Assembly (NCBI GenBank): GCA_013265495.1
Contig: MU058221.1
Coordinates: forward strand, 3,038,001-3,102,000
Origin: Vicugna vicugna
Lineage: Eukaryota
Direction: 5' to 3'
DNA: 64,000 bases
A model generated the notes under the pieces. That model made no database searches, was not told the DNA's origin, and worked only from the letters and a program-made list of their open reading frames with translations. Below, piece by piece: positions 1-13,435 of this stretch (position 1 is the stretch's first letter; every line of letters starts with the position of its first letter). A program made the position numbers and the translations under genes.

Positions 1-362
1 TTGATTGATTAATTGCATGCATATTGTTACCTTGTGTCTCTGCTTTAATTTGATCTATATATTTATTTTTTGCTATTTCCTAACTCTGTAAGTATTTTTG
101 GTTCGGTAATTCCACAGCATCATTTGCAAATTGTAGCTCTCACTTCCTTAAAAGTCCTCCCTGATCTCCTCTGTCGAAATCTCCTCTTTCAATCAGTCCT
201 ATGCCAAACCAGCTCCTCAATGAAGCTCAGTTGGATTAAGCCTATAAAACTCCAGATGTTAAGATGAAACCCTTTAATGTTTGTGGATGTGCCCGTGATG
301 AATTAAGTTATGCATTCATTTGCATATTTTGCAGTCCAAAATCTCTGATACGATGTCACATC

Positions 363-944
363 TGAGGCAGGAGGGAAGGGGGCAGGGCACAACCATTAGA
401 AGAATGACAGTCGATTGAGGCTAGGACATAAACTGGTTAGAACCAACCAGGCCCAAGATGGTGGAAGATCTGACTTCCAGTAGACCTTGAGCCTCATGGC
501 AGACCCACCGGTACTACATTAGCATGCCAAATGACACACCCATAAGTGCCATGACAGTTCCCAGGCTGACCATAAAAAAGCCTAAAAGTGAGCAGGGACC
601 CAATTCCCGGAAATCTCTACCCCTTCCCCAAAACAGTCGGAACAGTCCTCCCGCTCATTCGCATATGAAAGTACGCAGCCCATAAAAATGAACAATCCAG
701 GATCTTAGAGCCTCTCTCGCCTTCTGAGAAGGCCCACACTCTGTCGTGGAGTGTGTACCTCCTTACGTAAATTTACTTTAAACTTACTATGGAATGTGTA
801 TCTCCCAGGGCCGCTCTTCCTCCTGAGACTGACCACATTCTGTCAATGGAATGTGTCTCTCTCTAAATAAATGTGATTTCTCTTTACTATGGCTAGCTCT
901 TGAATTCTTTCCTGCACGAGACAAGAACCTGTTCTCCAGTAACA
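363..944 (+). mobile_element. ERV1-type solo LTR, window family A, copy 1
   Basis: Starts TGAGGCAGG and ends GTAACA (TG...CA). AATAAA near 866. Flanks catc/cacc give a near 4-bp TSD. Aligns along its length with 7293-7884. Confidence 0.85.
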
Positions 945-1006
945 CACCCATCTCTGATCTGAAATCATTTTAAGTTCTCCTTGACATTCTTTTGGCTCAT
1001 GACTTC

Positions 1007-1243
1007 TTTTTTTTTTTTAACATTTTGTATTGATTTATAATCATTTTACAATGTTGTGTCAAATTCCAGTGTTCAGCACAATTTTTCAGTTATTCATGGA
1101 CATATACACACTCATTGTCACCATTTTTTTCTCTGTCAGCTAACATAACATTTTGTGTATATTTCCCTGTGCTATACAGTGTAATCTTGTTTATCTATTC
1201 TACAATTTTGAAATCCCAGTCTATCCCTTCCCACCCTCCACCC
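1007..1243 (-). mobile_element. 5'-truncated young L1 3' end (camelid-type)
   Basis: Poly(T) head on the + strand followed by L1 3'UTR-like sequence. Perfect TSD TGGCTCATGACTTC at 993-1006 and 1244-1257. Similar to 48154-48414. Confidence 0.85.
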
Positions 1244-1719
1244 TGGCTCATGACTTCTTATCTACTCTCCTCTTCTATTATGCGTCTGTTCCCTTGGTCA
1301 GTTTGACTACAATTGCATTTCTTTTCTCTGAAAGCTAACATTTTACTTCCCCTTTACCTAAAAATTCTTTTATATGCTGCTATTTATTTAAGTGAACTAG
1401 GTTTCTAGAGAACAGTGACCTGATTTATCCTATTTTGTATCATCCAAAAGCACTTCATTCAAAAGCATTTGATTCATCTTTGTTGAATAAAATAAATCAC
1501 AAAGTAGATCAGACCATTTCTGCTGCTTTTCATGTCTTTTCTATCATACTAGAAGTTCTACACAGGTGTGGGTTCCATAGCTTCTTTTTCTATGCCTATA
1601 CTGTGTCTCAACCTTTTAAAAAATAAATACATTAATTAATGTATAATGTACAAGCTGAAATTTTTTGAAATAAATCTTTACTATACGGCTCCATGAATTA
1701 TTGCAAATAAAGTATAATG

Positions 1720-3470
1720 GTGTGTTGTCAATCCAAGATGGAACAGCAAGCACACGATTTACTCTATTGCATGAAACAATAAGAATAGAAAAAAGTCTAT
1801 ATATGAGAAAATAATTTTTAAGACACTAGATGCCAGGTAATTAAAGAGAATGATTCTTAAGGTATGGGGAATAAATAAAGTGAACTCTTCAACTGCCTGA
1901 CATTATTATCTTGAGAGAGTTTTAAAAAAAGGAACAAGGAGAGGGAATTCAAGCAAAGCTCAGTGAACTTCCTGAACTGAGGCGTCACATCGAGACTCTG
2001 GGTAGGACAAGGCAGCTCAGTGAAGCACTGATCAGTGTACGCATGTAAGGACACAGCCTCAAGCTGAGGACCACGCAGACTGACCGCGTGCACTAATCCG
2101 CACTCAGAAGGGATAGGAATAGTGCCTGCTTCTCCAGGCCACGCTGGAGATATCATACCCAATGGATCACTGGGTAGGATGCTCAGAAGGGTCTTGTCTC
2201 AGCAATGGAAATTAATTAGTGCTAGATTAAATGCTGCTCTGTTCCCAATTAAGCCTCAAAAGAGACTGAAAGGATTAAATGGATTCTAAATAACTTAATT
2301 GTATCCTGGAACTAAACGTAAGCATATTTATAGAAATACAAGGATATTGAGCACCCAATAAGGTAAAATTCATATCTAGCATTCAATAAGAAATTTACAA
2401 GATGCACAAAGAAGCAGGAAAATATGACCCAATGTGGTAGAAAAATTAATCAATTAAAACTTTACCAGAACTAATGCAGGCATTAAGATGAGCAAAAAAG
2501 GAAATTAAAGCAACTATTTTAACTGCACCTTGTATGTTCAGAAATTAAGTAGAGATATGGAAAGTATAAAAATATAATCGATTTGAATTTCTGAATATCA
2601 AAGTTGTAGCATCTAATGTGAAAATACACTGGTTGTAATTAATGGCAGATTAAATGTTGCAGAACAGAAGATGAGTAAACTTAAACACATAGCAATAAAA
2701 ACTATCCAAATGAAAAGCAAAAAGCAAAATTTGAAAAAATAACATTAGTTCAGTGGGCTGTAGGAAAATTCAAGCAGACTAACGTATGTGTAATTAAAGG
2801 TCCTGAAGAAGGAGGGTGTTGCAAAACTTATTCAAAGAAGTAAAGGTTAAGGACATTCCAAATTATATTTAAAACAACAACAATAACAACACAGATTTAA
2901 GAAACTCAATGAAACTGAAGCACAAGAAATAGGAAGAAAACCACATAAGGAATATCATAACCAAACTGCTCACAATCAGTAATTAAGAAAAAAGTCTTAA
3001 TCAAAAGAAAACAGACATAGCACACAAAGCAATAATCATAAGAATGAGCATAAATTTCTCATCAAAAACAACACAGATGAAAAGAAAGTGGAGCAAGACC
3101 TCTGAAGTACTGAATGGAAAAAAAAAGCCAATCTAGAATTTTACATCCAGCAAAACATTGGAAGAAGTCATCATCCAAAGACTGGCACTCAAGAAATGCT
3201 AAAAAAAAAAAAAAATGCTTGAGGCAAAAGCAAAAATTCTTGAGGACTTGCAAAAAAATGATGAACATGAGAAGTGGTAACTGCATGGATAAATATATGA
3301 GATATTTTTCTTATATTTAAAATCTCTTTAAAAGTAGTTGACTGTTTAAGCAAAACTAACAATAATCTGTTGTGCAGTTTATACAATACAGTATATATAA
3401 GCAAAAAAATATGAGAACAATAGCACGAAGATCAGGAGTAAGGAAATGAAAGTATAATACGGTAAACCCG
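1720..3470 (+). mobile_element. Ancient L1M (L1MC-like) 5' region and ORF1 relic
   Basis: A-rich degraded sequence with recognisable L1M 5'/ORF1 motifs (caagatggaacag, agaattttacatccagcaaaa). No open frame. Boundaries approximate. Confidence 0.6.
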
Positions 3471-3489
3471 GGGGTTGGGGGGGGCTCGT

Positions 3490-3830
3490 TTCAGAGATGC
3501 AAGGATGGCTCAATAACCAAAAATCAATCAACGTAAAGCATCATATTAACAGGATAAAGACCCAAAATAATCTCATGGTCCTATCATTTGATGCAGAAAA
3601 AAGCACTTGGCAAAATTCAACACCTATTTATGGCAAAACTGTCAGAAATTAGACATAGAGAACTTCTTCAACATGATGTACAACATCTACAAAAGATACA
3701 CAGTTACCATCACACTTGATGGCGAGATAACTTAATGCTGTCACCCTAAGGTCAAGGAGGTCAGGGCACCTGGTCTTACCTGTTCTTTTCTCTTTTAGTC
3801 GACACAGTCCTGGAGGTCCCAGCCACCACG
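3490..3830 (+). mobile_element. L1 ORF2 (RT region) fragment
   Basis: gatgcaaggatggctcaa...gatgcagaaaaaagcacttggcaaaattcaacacc matches the GMQGWFN...DAEKAFDKIQH coding stretch of L1 ORF2, disrupted. Confidence 0.75.
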
Positions 3831-3834
3831 ATAA

Positions 3835-4140
3835 AGCATTTTTGTAGTTTTCAGAATACATGTCTTACTAGATTCCTAAAATTTTATTTAGGAATGACTA
3901 AATATATTTTATTTTTAATTTCGGTTCCTAGTGTTCATTACTAGCTTGTAGAAATACAATATGACTTGGTATTCTACAAACTGTTTAATGTACTACAAAC
4001 TTACTTATTTTTTCTAGGAGTTTTATGTAGATTCTTTGGAATTTTCTATGTGGACCATCATGTGACTGCAAATAAGGACAGTTTGATTTCTTTCTTTCAG
4101 ATATGTATGCTTCAATTTCCTCTTCTTGCCTTATTATATA
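3835..4140 (-). mobile_element. Inverted L1 ORF2 fragment
   Basis: catcatgtgactgcaaataaggacagtttgatttctttctttc is the reverse complement of the L1 'SLFADDMI' region. Confidence 0.7.
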
Positions 4141-6789
4141 TTATAACTACTTATCCAAGGAGGATAAAATGTTATGCCCTACAAAGGTTTGTCCGTGAAT
4201 ATTCATAGCAGCTTAATCTGTAATAGCCAAGATCTGGAAACAATAAAATGTCTATCAGCAATTTAATGTATAAAAAACTGGTAAGTTAATGCATATATAA
4301 ATGTATAAACACACGTGGAATGTTAAGCTCATCAGGAAAGAGGCATTAACTGCACTCATAGTCTCAAAATAATGATGCTGAGTAAAGGCAGTCAGATGTA
4401 AAAGAGAACACACAATATAACTCAATTTATAGGGAACTCCAGAAAATGCAAACTAATCTATAGGAGTGAAATGGTTGAGAATTATGACAGGTGTGCATCT
4501 AACTTTCAAAGAATGTTCCACATTCTTGTTCCACTTAAATTGTATTGTTTCTTTGGCATTTGGTTATTTATTTTCTTTTGTTAGGCCTGGATTTTTTTTA
4601 TTAACTGCTGGACATTTTGTTCAAAAAACTGTAGGTAAAATGCTATATGAGTTTACCCTCCACTGAGAATTCAATGTTGCTTCTGGCAGGTGGATGTTCT
4701 AGGGCAGACGGTCTCTATCATTCAAGAATTAAAATTATAGCAATGACTCAACAGATAAAACTTCTACATACCAATGCTTACTGCTAAAAAAAAAAAAGAA
4801 CTAGAATTTTACAAAGATGTGCTCATTCTCGCCCAGATTATGTTGTTTTACCCTTCATCCTGAAAGATAGCATATTTGAATCTAACTGAAACCTGACAGC
4901 ATTTATCCAGATTCCTCTTTAACTACAATTTAGTTTCTGCATCCTGGGGTTACTGAAAGTTAATTTAGCATTTCAGTTTCTCAGTCCCTAATTTTTTTTG
5001 ACATCATTGCCAATTACCCAGAACAAAAGGACCCCAAATTCCAAGACCAACTCATTTGACTTCTGTGTTCTTTGAGATGTTGATCCTACACATTTCTGCT
5101 ACCTTCAAACTTTTGTTTTTTTCTTGTTAAACTTTCCCATTTGTTCTTGGCATAAACTTTTCTTGGTCTTCCATTACCTGGAGTAGAGCTTGCTTGATGG
5201 ATTTTGAAGCTCTTTGGAATTCGGAGAATAAGAATGTCTAGTTCACCATACTGTCATCAGTGTTTTCAGTCTTCACCCTCTGGTCTCATCTTCTTCCACC
5301 TGCTTTCACAACTTTATCCTTTCATTTTGTCTTCTTTCTTTTCAGTCTTTCCACTCCTCTTCCAACCCATTCCTCCCCTATCTGGTATCCTCACTTTTCC
5401 TTCCTTAAATCTCTTACTAAAAATTGTACTTTGGGGAAGACATGATAAACTCATTCTCACTGAGCTCCAAATATCGATTCCACAGAGTTTCCTCTTGACA
5501 TGAAATATTCAATGAAATGGAGCTTGCTTTAAACTATCTTGTGCGTGAATTTATTATGGGACTAGAGGTTATGAACATGCCCAAGCTTCTGTCTGGAACT
5601 TTTGTTGTGTTAGAGAAACTTAAAGTAAATTTTCTGGAATTCTTTCTTAAGTAAGATTAATTCCTTGTAAGCAAAATGAAACACACCAAAGCAAATGTAA
5701 TAGCATATGTGCATTTATGTGTGGTCAATTTTCTCTATATAAGACAATTATTTTTCCATGAGGTGCCTAGAGTGCAATTCTTTTCTACTTGTCCTCTGCT
5801 TGTTGTTAAAAAAGATCATTTCAAAGCCAAAACTAGTGAGGCAATGCCCTAGAAAAGAACAAAGGGAGGAAGTAGAAGCTATGTTATTTGTTTGTGGCGT
5901 TAAGTAGCTAATGCGATCCAGTTCTGTGGTTTTTGAACTTCTCCTTCTGGGGAATGGTGACATAATAAATACAGCTAAAAGAAACTCAACAGGACCTATT
6001 TATGGAGATAAATCCTAGGATGAGATGCTTTCTACTTTTTCTTTTGTAATATACAGATACTGAATAGTTTGGAGAGCATCAGATTGATGTGTAAATTCTG
6101 GGAAAGCCATACAAAGAAGGGTGGTTGTATTTGATCTTGAAAAAAAAATAATGGTAATTTGATAGATTAAAAATGCAAGGAGGGGGTATTAACTGCATTC
6201 CATAGGAATCAATAAAAGAAAATACTTGGAAGTTGGGGAATTCAGAATATGGGAAGAGACTTGTGGGAAATCTCAAATAAAGGACAGGGCGCACAAAAAG
6301 ACTGGCTGGCCAGGTTGTAGAAGGTGAATTGTACGGCTGATGAAAAGTAATTTGGCCTCTTTGTGTACAATACGGAGCCACTGAAATTTTTGACTAACAA
6401 GTTAGACATTAAATAGATATTTAACACACCAGGTATTTTAGACCCTACAGGTGTGATCACAAGGGAGGGACCCTCAACTCCTCTTCTGTGTTGACAACCA
6501 CACAAAATAGGAAGTTTCCTTTTAGAGAGTGATTTTTAGTGCATGGGATCCATAGACAAACTCTGAAGCACGATGCATGTGCATATCAACTGTCACTTGT
6601 ATGTGGGGTCTCTTAAAACAGAAGGGCTAGAGCTTTCACAAAACTGTGGGGACCGTGGCCCTAAAAACCTGAGGGATAAGATCAGAAAGCATGCTTACGG
6701 AAGAGGATTCCATGATAGACCTTGAAATAATTTATCAAGCAAGTACGGATGGTACTAGGCATAAGGCAGAGATCTGTTTTAGACAGTTT

Positions 6790-7199
6790 GTGTGTTATAG
6801 CTGGGGCTGTCAGGAAACCTGCTGAGACGGGGTTGAGGGTGCAAAAGGTTCATTGGAGATTAATACCTGGGATAGATAACAAGAGGGAGGAAGCAAGATT
6901 GGACGGGAGTGATGCAGATCGGACAAAATCTTGGCCAACTCAACCAGAACCTCCAGAAAAGAGACTGCACTTTAGAAGAATCTCAGTGTGGAGACAGAAA
7001 GAAGCAACCTAACACTAAACCACTTTGTGACTCACTGTCTGGGAATGAGTCTAGAAAGACGTGACTATAACTCAAAAGCTGAGATGAATCCTAAAGACAC
7101 TCCCAGCTGGAAGCTGTTGGCCAAGCTACACTTCTTGCAGTTGAACAGTAAATTGTTTCTTGAACGGAGAGCCGAGTGGACACTTCCAGGGCTGCCACA
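6790..7199. mobile_element. MLT1-type (MaLR) LTR relic
   Basis: Degenerate MLT1-like motifs, ending gagtggacacttccagggctgccaca. Confidence 0.5.
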
Positions 7200-7292
7200 G
7201 TGGATGCAGCCTGTGTGTGTTGTCATATTTGCTGTTAAAGAACTTACGATAATATTCATCATGCACTTTCAGTTGTAATTAAGGCACAGAAT

Positions 7293-7884
7293 TGAGACAG
7301 GAGGGAAGAAGGCAAGGCACAACCACTGAAGGAATGGCACAGCCATTGAGGACAGGACAAAGCAGTTAGAACCAAGATGGCGGAAGGTTCCACTTCCAAT
7401 AGACCTTGAGCCTCATGGGACACGCACAGGCGCCATGACAGTTCCTAGACTGACCATAAAAGGTCAAAAGGTGGACTAGGGGCCCAATTCCTGGAAATCC
7501 CCCACCCCTTCCCCAAAGTAGTTGTAATAACCCTCCCACTTGTTAGTATATGAATGACCGAGCCCATAAAAAGTGACACCCCCACACCTCATGGTCGCTC
7601 TCTCTCTTGCCTCTGAGACAGCCTGCACGCTGGCTTTGGAGTATGTACCTACTCTTACTTTAAACTGAACACCCTTACACTTCACGATGTCTCTCCCTCT
7701 CACCTTCTAAGATGGCCCGCATTCTGCCTCCGGAGTGTGTATCTCCTAAGCCGCGCTCCCTCCTGGGTGAGAAGGACGCCACCCTGTGGAGTGTGTCTCT
7801 CTCCAAATAAACCTGCTTTCACTTTACTATGCCTCATTCTTGAATTCCTTCCTGCGAGAGGCAAGAACCTGTTCTCTGGCAACA
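7293..7884 (+). mobile_element. ERV1-type solo LTR, family A, copy 2
   Basis: TGAGACAGG...GGCAACA with a perfect 4-bp TSD GAAT on both sides. AATAAA near 7806. Homologous to 363-944. Confidence 0.9.
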
Positions 7885-10585
7885 GAATCATAGGCGTAAA
7901 GTAAATTTTCAGCATGTGGAACAAAGCCCTTCTTGCTCCTCGGAATGTAAATACTGATTTCATGCAGACTTAGTTCAGAGGAATAAAGTGAGTGCTGCAG
8001 CCCACAGCAGTGCGTCAATGTACGGGTAGCTATGGTCTTCTGTAGGGTCTTCCGTTTACTACAGTACGTGAATAGTCAGCTACAAAAATCTGGATGCTTA
8101 TTTATAGTCAAGTAAAGGATTAAATGTCCACACGTTCAGCAAAAATTCTATTTACACAGGTAGATTTTGTGTGAGCCCTGAGTCACGCTACTGACCTAAG
8201 TGAGCTCACGTTTGAGTTGGGGTGGAACCTATGAGGATAAGTAGAGAGTGGCGGAAGTACAAAAGAACGCAGCAGAGGCTGGTGCAATTCAGGTGAGAGG
8301 CATTTTGGTGAGGCGAGGGCTGAAACTGTCACAAAAGACGGTTTTTATTCAGGCTGGTTACTTTGTTCTGAGAGGCGGAAGTTGATCACACCAGCTCTCT
8401 CAACTGGGGACAAGTTTAGGTCAGCCAGAAAATGTATCACCCCTATTCTTTGAGAATAAGAACAATAAATAAATGCACTTTAACCACACTGAAAGTTTGG
8501 GCAGGTTATTTTCTTTTTTCGTCTTGGAATCTTACCAGGGAGTGTATATCTAGAATTCCTAATCACTCAAGGGTTTTGCTTTAATTCCCTCACAGCATCA
8601 GTTACACCTATTGGATGGCTACGAAAGCGGTATTAACAAAGCCAAAGAGGAATTGCTCTGTATTTTCAGGAGAATACTAGCTAAGTACTCACACCACACC
8701 TATGCCTGATCTTCTTCTAACACTTTACAATAAATCTGCCAGCTTTAGGGCTATGGATGCTGAGTAGAGGATGTACAATGCTTTATAGAAAAAAAAGGCA
8801 TTCTAGAGAATTTGGTTTCAGGTGGATGATTAACTATCTTTGATTGTCCGCTCAGTCCCAGTTTATTTCCTTTGTTCCAAAATGAGAATTAATGGCTCTT
8901 TCTTTCACTCTCAGAAGTGTCTGGGTCTGCATAATATAGTATATTGTCACCTTGGTGACAGAGGCAGCCCCCCTTTTCCTTTGTCTTTAGTCGTAGGACA
9001 GCGTGTTTTTCCATCAGGAAGTCTACTCCATAGTATGTTTAAAATCATCATCTTAGATCTGAGAGGTCAGAGACTATATCTTGTTCGTTTTGTGGTTGTT
9101 GGTGGTACCCAAAAGGCTTCACACCTGATTGGTGCTCAAACGTGAACTGGATTGAAGAGTCCAGTAACAGAACTGAAAATAAACTTGAAGGAAAAATGCA
9201 TTCCTGGCAAAGCACTAAGAGTAACAGTAATAATGGGTCAGTGGGTAACTGGAATCTTTTGAAACATGACAGAGGTCATCTAAGATTCCATATTGGAATA
9301 TGTTTATTGTTGTGTTGTTTGATTTTTCTCCCTTGGTTCTGAGATTCCATCTCCATTCCAAGTAAACATTCCTTTGAAAGGTCTTTTCTCTCCCCTAAAT
9401 GGTTAGACAAGCATCTATTCTCACTTCCTTTGCTATAATACCTATTAATCACCACAATTAATGTTGTTAATATGTTTGTTCATTCACTCTGTAAAGCTCT
9501 TCTTGATAGTGTTTATTGAAGTAACAAGAAATATTATTATGTTTACTGCTAGGATGTATAATTTTCAGTTTCAGATTTGGGGGTTTATATACTCGTAACT
9601 GCATGTAGAAAGCAGAGTACCTTCTCTCTCCACGTCTTCCAGGACTACGTTTAAGTGAATCTTAGGACAAAGAATTTTTACCACGGAGAAGAACAAAAGG
9701 AGTTTAACTTCCAAGAAATTAATAAAGATGTCCTTGAAGATATCAACAACAGTTGCTAATTTATTTGTACCCAAAGCAGTAATAATCCTTTAGTGCCTGT
9801 GTTTAGCTAGGAGATGCAAAGACATCTAAAAAAGAAGATTGAAAATGTAGTCCATCTTCACTGACTTGTTCCAAATTAATTTGCTCCCCATTTTAGAATC
9901 CCTCTGTAGACGAGACAGGCTATTATAAGAGGGCGCTAGTGTGGACAAGTATGAGCAACAGTGTCTCTTTTCTTCTAAGAAAAGGCAGAGGACACGTTCA
10001 AAGACCTCTGTGGATCACCATGGCCGCTGCGAGGTGCCCTGCCTCCCTCTCTGCGGTGGTGACACCTTGACACCTGGAAGATACTGAATGTGGAGTAGTG
10101 GTGTCCATTAGTCAAACACATTTCTTCAGACCTGTTTTTAATATTTTTATAAACGAGGTCATGTGTCCGTTTGGGTCTCCTCAAAGGGAGATGTCAAGAC
10201 AGCTAAAAGTTCAAGAGATTTATTGTGGGAAACACTCCCGAGAACAGTGGAGAGCAGGAGCAGGGGAGCAGAGCCTTCAGACCACAGTGCGGTCTGACCT
10301 GGGAGGAGGAGAGAGGAAAGGAGGAGGATTCTTTGTAGAGACAGAGTGCTGATCAGGGTGATGGGGAGCCCCTGAAGCCACGCTTTCCATCCAGGGAGAC
10401 CTGCTCTGGACAGGGCTTGCCCACCTCTTGCTCTCCCACCATGCTCAGTCAATTGATGGGGAGCAGGCAGCGGTAGGGTGCTTTTATCAAAAACGCTCTG
10501 CTGGATCCTTAAAGTGGGGCAGCTGCAGGCGCTCAGGGAACAATTCCCCTCCCATCAGATTCTCTCTTTATCTCTCTCTCTCTCC

Positions 10586-10720
10586 TTTTTAAAATTTTAT
10601 TATTTTTATTATTTTTTTTAAAATTGTAGTCAGTTTCTGGAGTACCGCATCATGGTTCATTTGAGATTTGCAAACAATAACTACTATATATAAAAATCAG
10701 AAAACAAATTTCTTCTGTAT
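10586..10720 (-). mobile_element. Short L1 3' end with internal inversion
   Basis: T-rich tail and - strand L1 3'UTR to about 10659, then + strand L1 3'UTR (tttgagatttgcaaa...ctactatatataaaa...ttcttctgtata). Flanked by agattctctct copies. Confidence 0.6.
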
Positions 10721-10734
10721 AGATTCTCTCTCTT

Positions 10735-11179
10735 CTTTTTTTTTTTAAATTGAAGTACAGTCAGTTACAATGTGTCCATTTCCGGCATACAGCACAATGT
10801 CCCAGTCATGCATAGACAAAACATGTATTCGTTTTCGTATTTTTTCATTAAAGGTTATTACAAGATACTGAATATAGTTCCCTGTGCTATAAAGAAGAAA
10901 TTTGTTTTTTTTTAAATCTATTTTTATACATAGTGGCTAACATCTGCAAATCTCAGACTTCCAGATTAATCCCTTCCCACCCCCTTTCCCCCGGTAACCA
11001 TAAGACTGTTCACCTGTGAGTCTGTTTCTTTTGTAGATGAGTTCATTAGTGTCCTCTTTTTTTTCTTTTTTTAGATTCCACATATGACTGATGTCATGTG
11101 GCATTTTTCTTTCTCCTTCTGGCTGACTTCACTTAGAATGACGATCTCTAGGTTCATCCATGTTACTGCAAATGGCATT
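10735..11179 (-). mobile_element. 5'-truncated L1 3' end
   Basis: Poly(T), then aaattgaagtacagtcagttacaatg...catccatgttactgcaaatggcatta, which is typical reverse L1 3'UTR. Flanked by attctctct. Confidence 0.85.
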
Positions 11180-12921
11180 ATTCTCTCTTGATGGAAGATC
11201 TGAGTGGTCCACAGTCATGGCTATCACAGGTAAGTTTCAAAGCTTGTAACGTCTTCAACTCTAGTTCTTGGTTAAAATTCCAAGGAAATCCCCACCTAGA
11301 TATCCTCATTTCCCTCTCCAGCCACATACTCTCTTAGAAGTAACGGGGAAGAACTGAAAGAAAATCTGTCCTCAGATTCAAAATATCCTCACATTACTAA
11401 AATTTGAGAACTACTTTTTGTAAATTGTGAATGTTCTTTAAGGACGATAATTTCTCCGCCATGAACTTGAAAAAACTTAGCTTCCATCTACGCCCCACTT
11501 CCTAATCCCAACTGTTGAATCAAATGCTGCTAAACTGTGACCCTAGTCTTGCTGCCTCCGTATCCTTCTGCCATTGTCCCATAGCGTCTGAGAATTAAAA
11601 CAGTGAACAAGTCTTAGGACAAAACTGAACTTCGGTCTTCCTCAACCTATTTTATAAAATCTTTAGACTTGTTACTCTGCCAAATGCTCATCTTGGAGTT
11701 ATAGTCACACCACAGCATTTGAACAAAGGCTCTGGCCATTGGCTTTTACTGATTTATCTTCTTCCACAATCCACTATTGTTCTAACTCTCTTTCTAACTG
11801 TCTTTGTTCATTCCTTCCTGGGTTCAGTTCTAAAATATTCCTTAATTCCCTAGTTGCATTAAGAGTGAATAAAATGTGCCTTCTAGAAAATTTTTCTTGG
11901 ATTTTATTGCTCAACAGTTTCGTCCACACAGTGTGAAGATTATACTCCCACATTACCGAGTTCCCCAAAACTGTACAGGTCGTCCGTTGGCATCTGGCTA
12001 CGGGTAGACATAATAACACACCCTAAGGAGCCTTTCGCGACAGCTCAGTCCCCAGATGACTCGCAGCCCATGGGACTGAGAAACCACCTGTTGATTTCAT
12101 AGCTCAGTGATTAACAGAGGAAGCGTTTTGCTGGTTTCTTCTAGAGGTGCCTGAAGCAGTTACAGACTTGTGGTTCCTATGGATTTAGTTTTGAGTGAGA
12201 AAAATCAAGCACAAAAAAAAAATAATGGCATAGTTTGGAGATGATAGAATAATTCAAAGACTCTTCTCTTCTGCAGTAAATCTGTGTCTCCCTGTTGTGT
12301 AAGATGCTTCTGAAGGAGAAGGTCTAAAACCCACAGCATCATAGTACACTCATTCGTCACAAGCAAGCATGTGGGGAGGAAGATTCGACTTGATATTTTA
12401 AATCGTTTTAACCACTGACTTGGAGCATCTTGGAGGCAGGACCCCTGGGTTTCTGCATTAGCTTCGTTAATAGTGTCCTGGCATATTTTGTCACATAACA
12501 GAGCCTGGACCAGTTACAGAATTTCATTTACCAAATGGGACACAAAATACTAGGGGGCAGGACTGCAGAAATTGGGAAGGGTCTGGCAGGACCATTTCGG
12601 GGATGCAGGCGCTGCTGGGCTGTCAGATAGGTTGTTGGATGAGGGGGTTAGAAAGCAGAGCAGCATGAAATAGAAGCCCAGTTAGATGAGCTAGAAGCAG
12701 GTGGAGAGAGATTCTGGCTCAACAATTGGCTGAGGAAACGACAATGGAGGAGACTTGAATTTTGAAAAGAGCATTGAGGATGCTGCGAATGGAGCAGAGG
12801 AGGCTATACTGAGGGGGGAGAAATAGAAGAAAGACACTGTGACTTCATCCTTCTAGGTTATAGAATAACTGACTTATTTTGACAACTTGTGTGAGGAGCT
12901 CTGCTAAGAACTGTACACGTG

Positions 12922-13166
12922 GGAGGTGAGAGGACACCTGTCACCCCACTGATCGCCAGGACTGACTTGTCTGTTCCGCCTGGCTAGGCGGGTGTCCCTC
13001 ACCACTCTGCGGAGCCCTTCCCCTGTCGGCCCGCATGGTCCAAGAAGGCATCCCTCATGAAGGAGGACCTGTTCTTCCACCAGGGGTTTAGGGTTGCCCA
13101 TGCTCCCCTGCTCGAACCTCCAAGCAAGTCCTCAGAGCCCATTTGTAGGCGAACAGAGCATAGTCA
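12922..13166 (+). pseudogene. RN7SK: 7SK snRNA pseudogene (diverged, 3'-truncated)
   Basis: Collinear blocks match 7SK: ctgtcacccca-tgatcgccagg, ctggctaggcgggtgtccc, gctcccctgct-gaacctccaa, ccatttgtagg-gaac, tagtca. It lacks the 3' hairpin and has no upstream TATA. Confidence 0.85.
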
Positions 13167-13239
13167 GTGTTTTTTTAAAAAACACATTTTAAAATTTTTC
13201 AAAAAAGAACTTTCACAAGCATTCATGAGTTATGATCTT

Positions 13240-13435
13240 GTGTGTGGTGGTTCAAAACACATTCTCTAGTGCCAGACTATCTGGGTTTATAGCCTGGTTC
13301 TCATTTCCTAGCTGTGGGTCTTGACCTAGTGAATTAACCTCTCACTGGGTGGCTGCAAAGATAAAATGAGTTAATTTGTGTAAAGTATCTAGAATAGCAT
13401 GTACTGAGCTCTCAGTGAGTAACAGTTATTATTTT
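13240..13435 (+). mobile_element. MIR SINE relic
   Basis: gccagactatctgggttt...tagctgtgggtcttg...ttaacctctc...taaaatgagttaatttgtgtaaag resembles the MIR core. Confidence 0.55.

Larger units (their letters stand above)
10160..11228. mobile_element. MLT1-type LTR relic interrupted by two L1 3' ends
   Basis: MLT1-like sequence at 10160-10560 resumes at about 11181 and ends gatctgagtggtccacagtcatggctatcaca. Confidence 0.55.
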
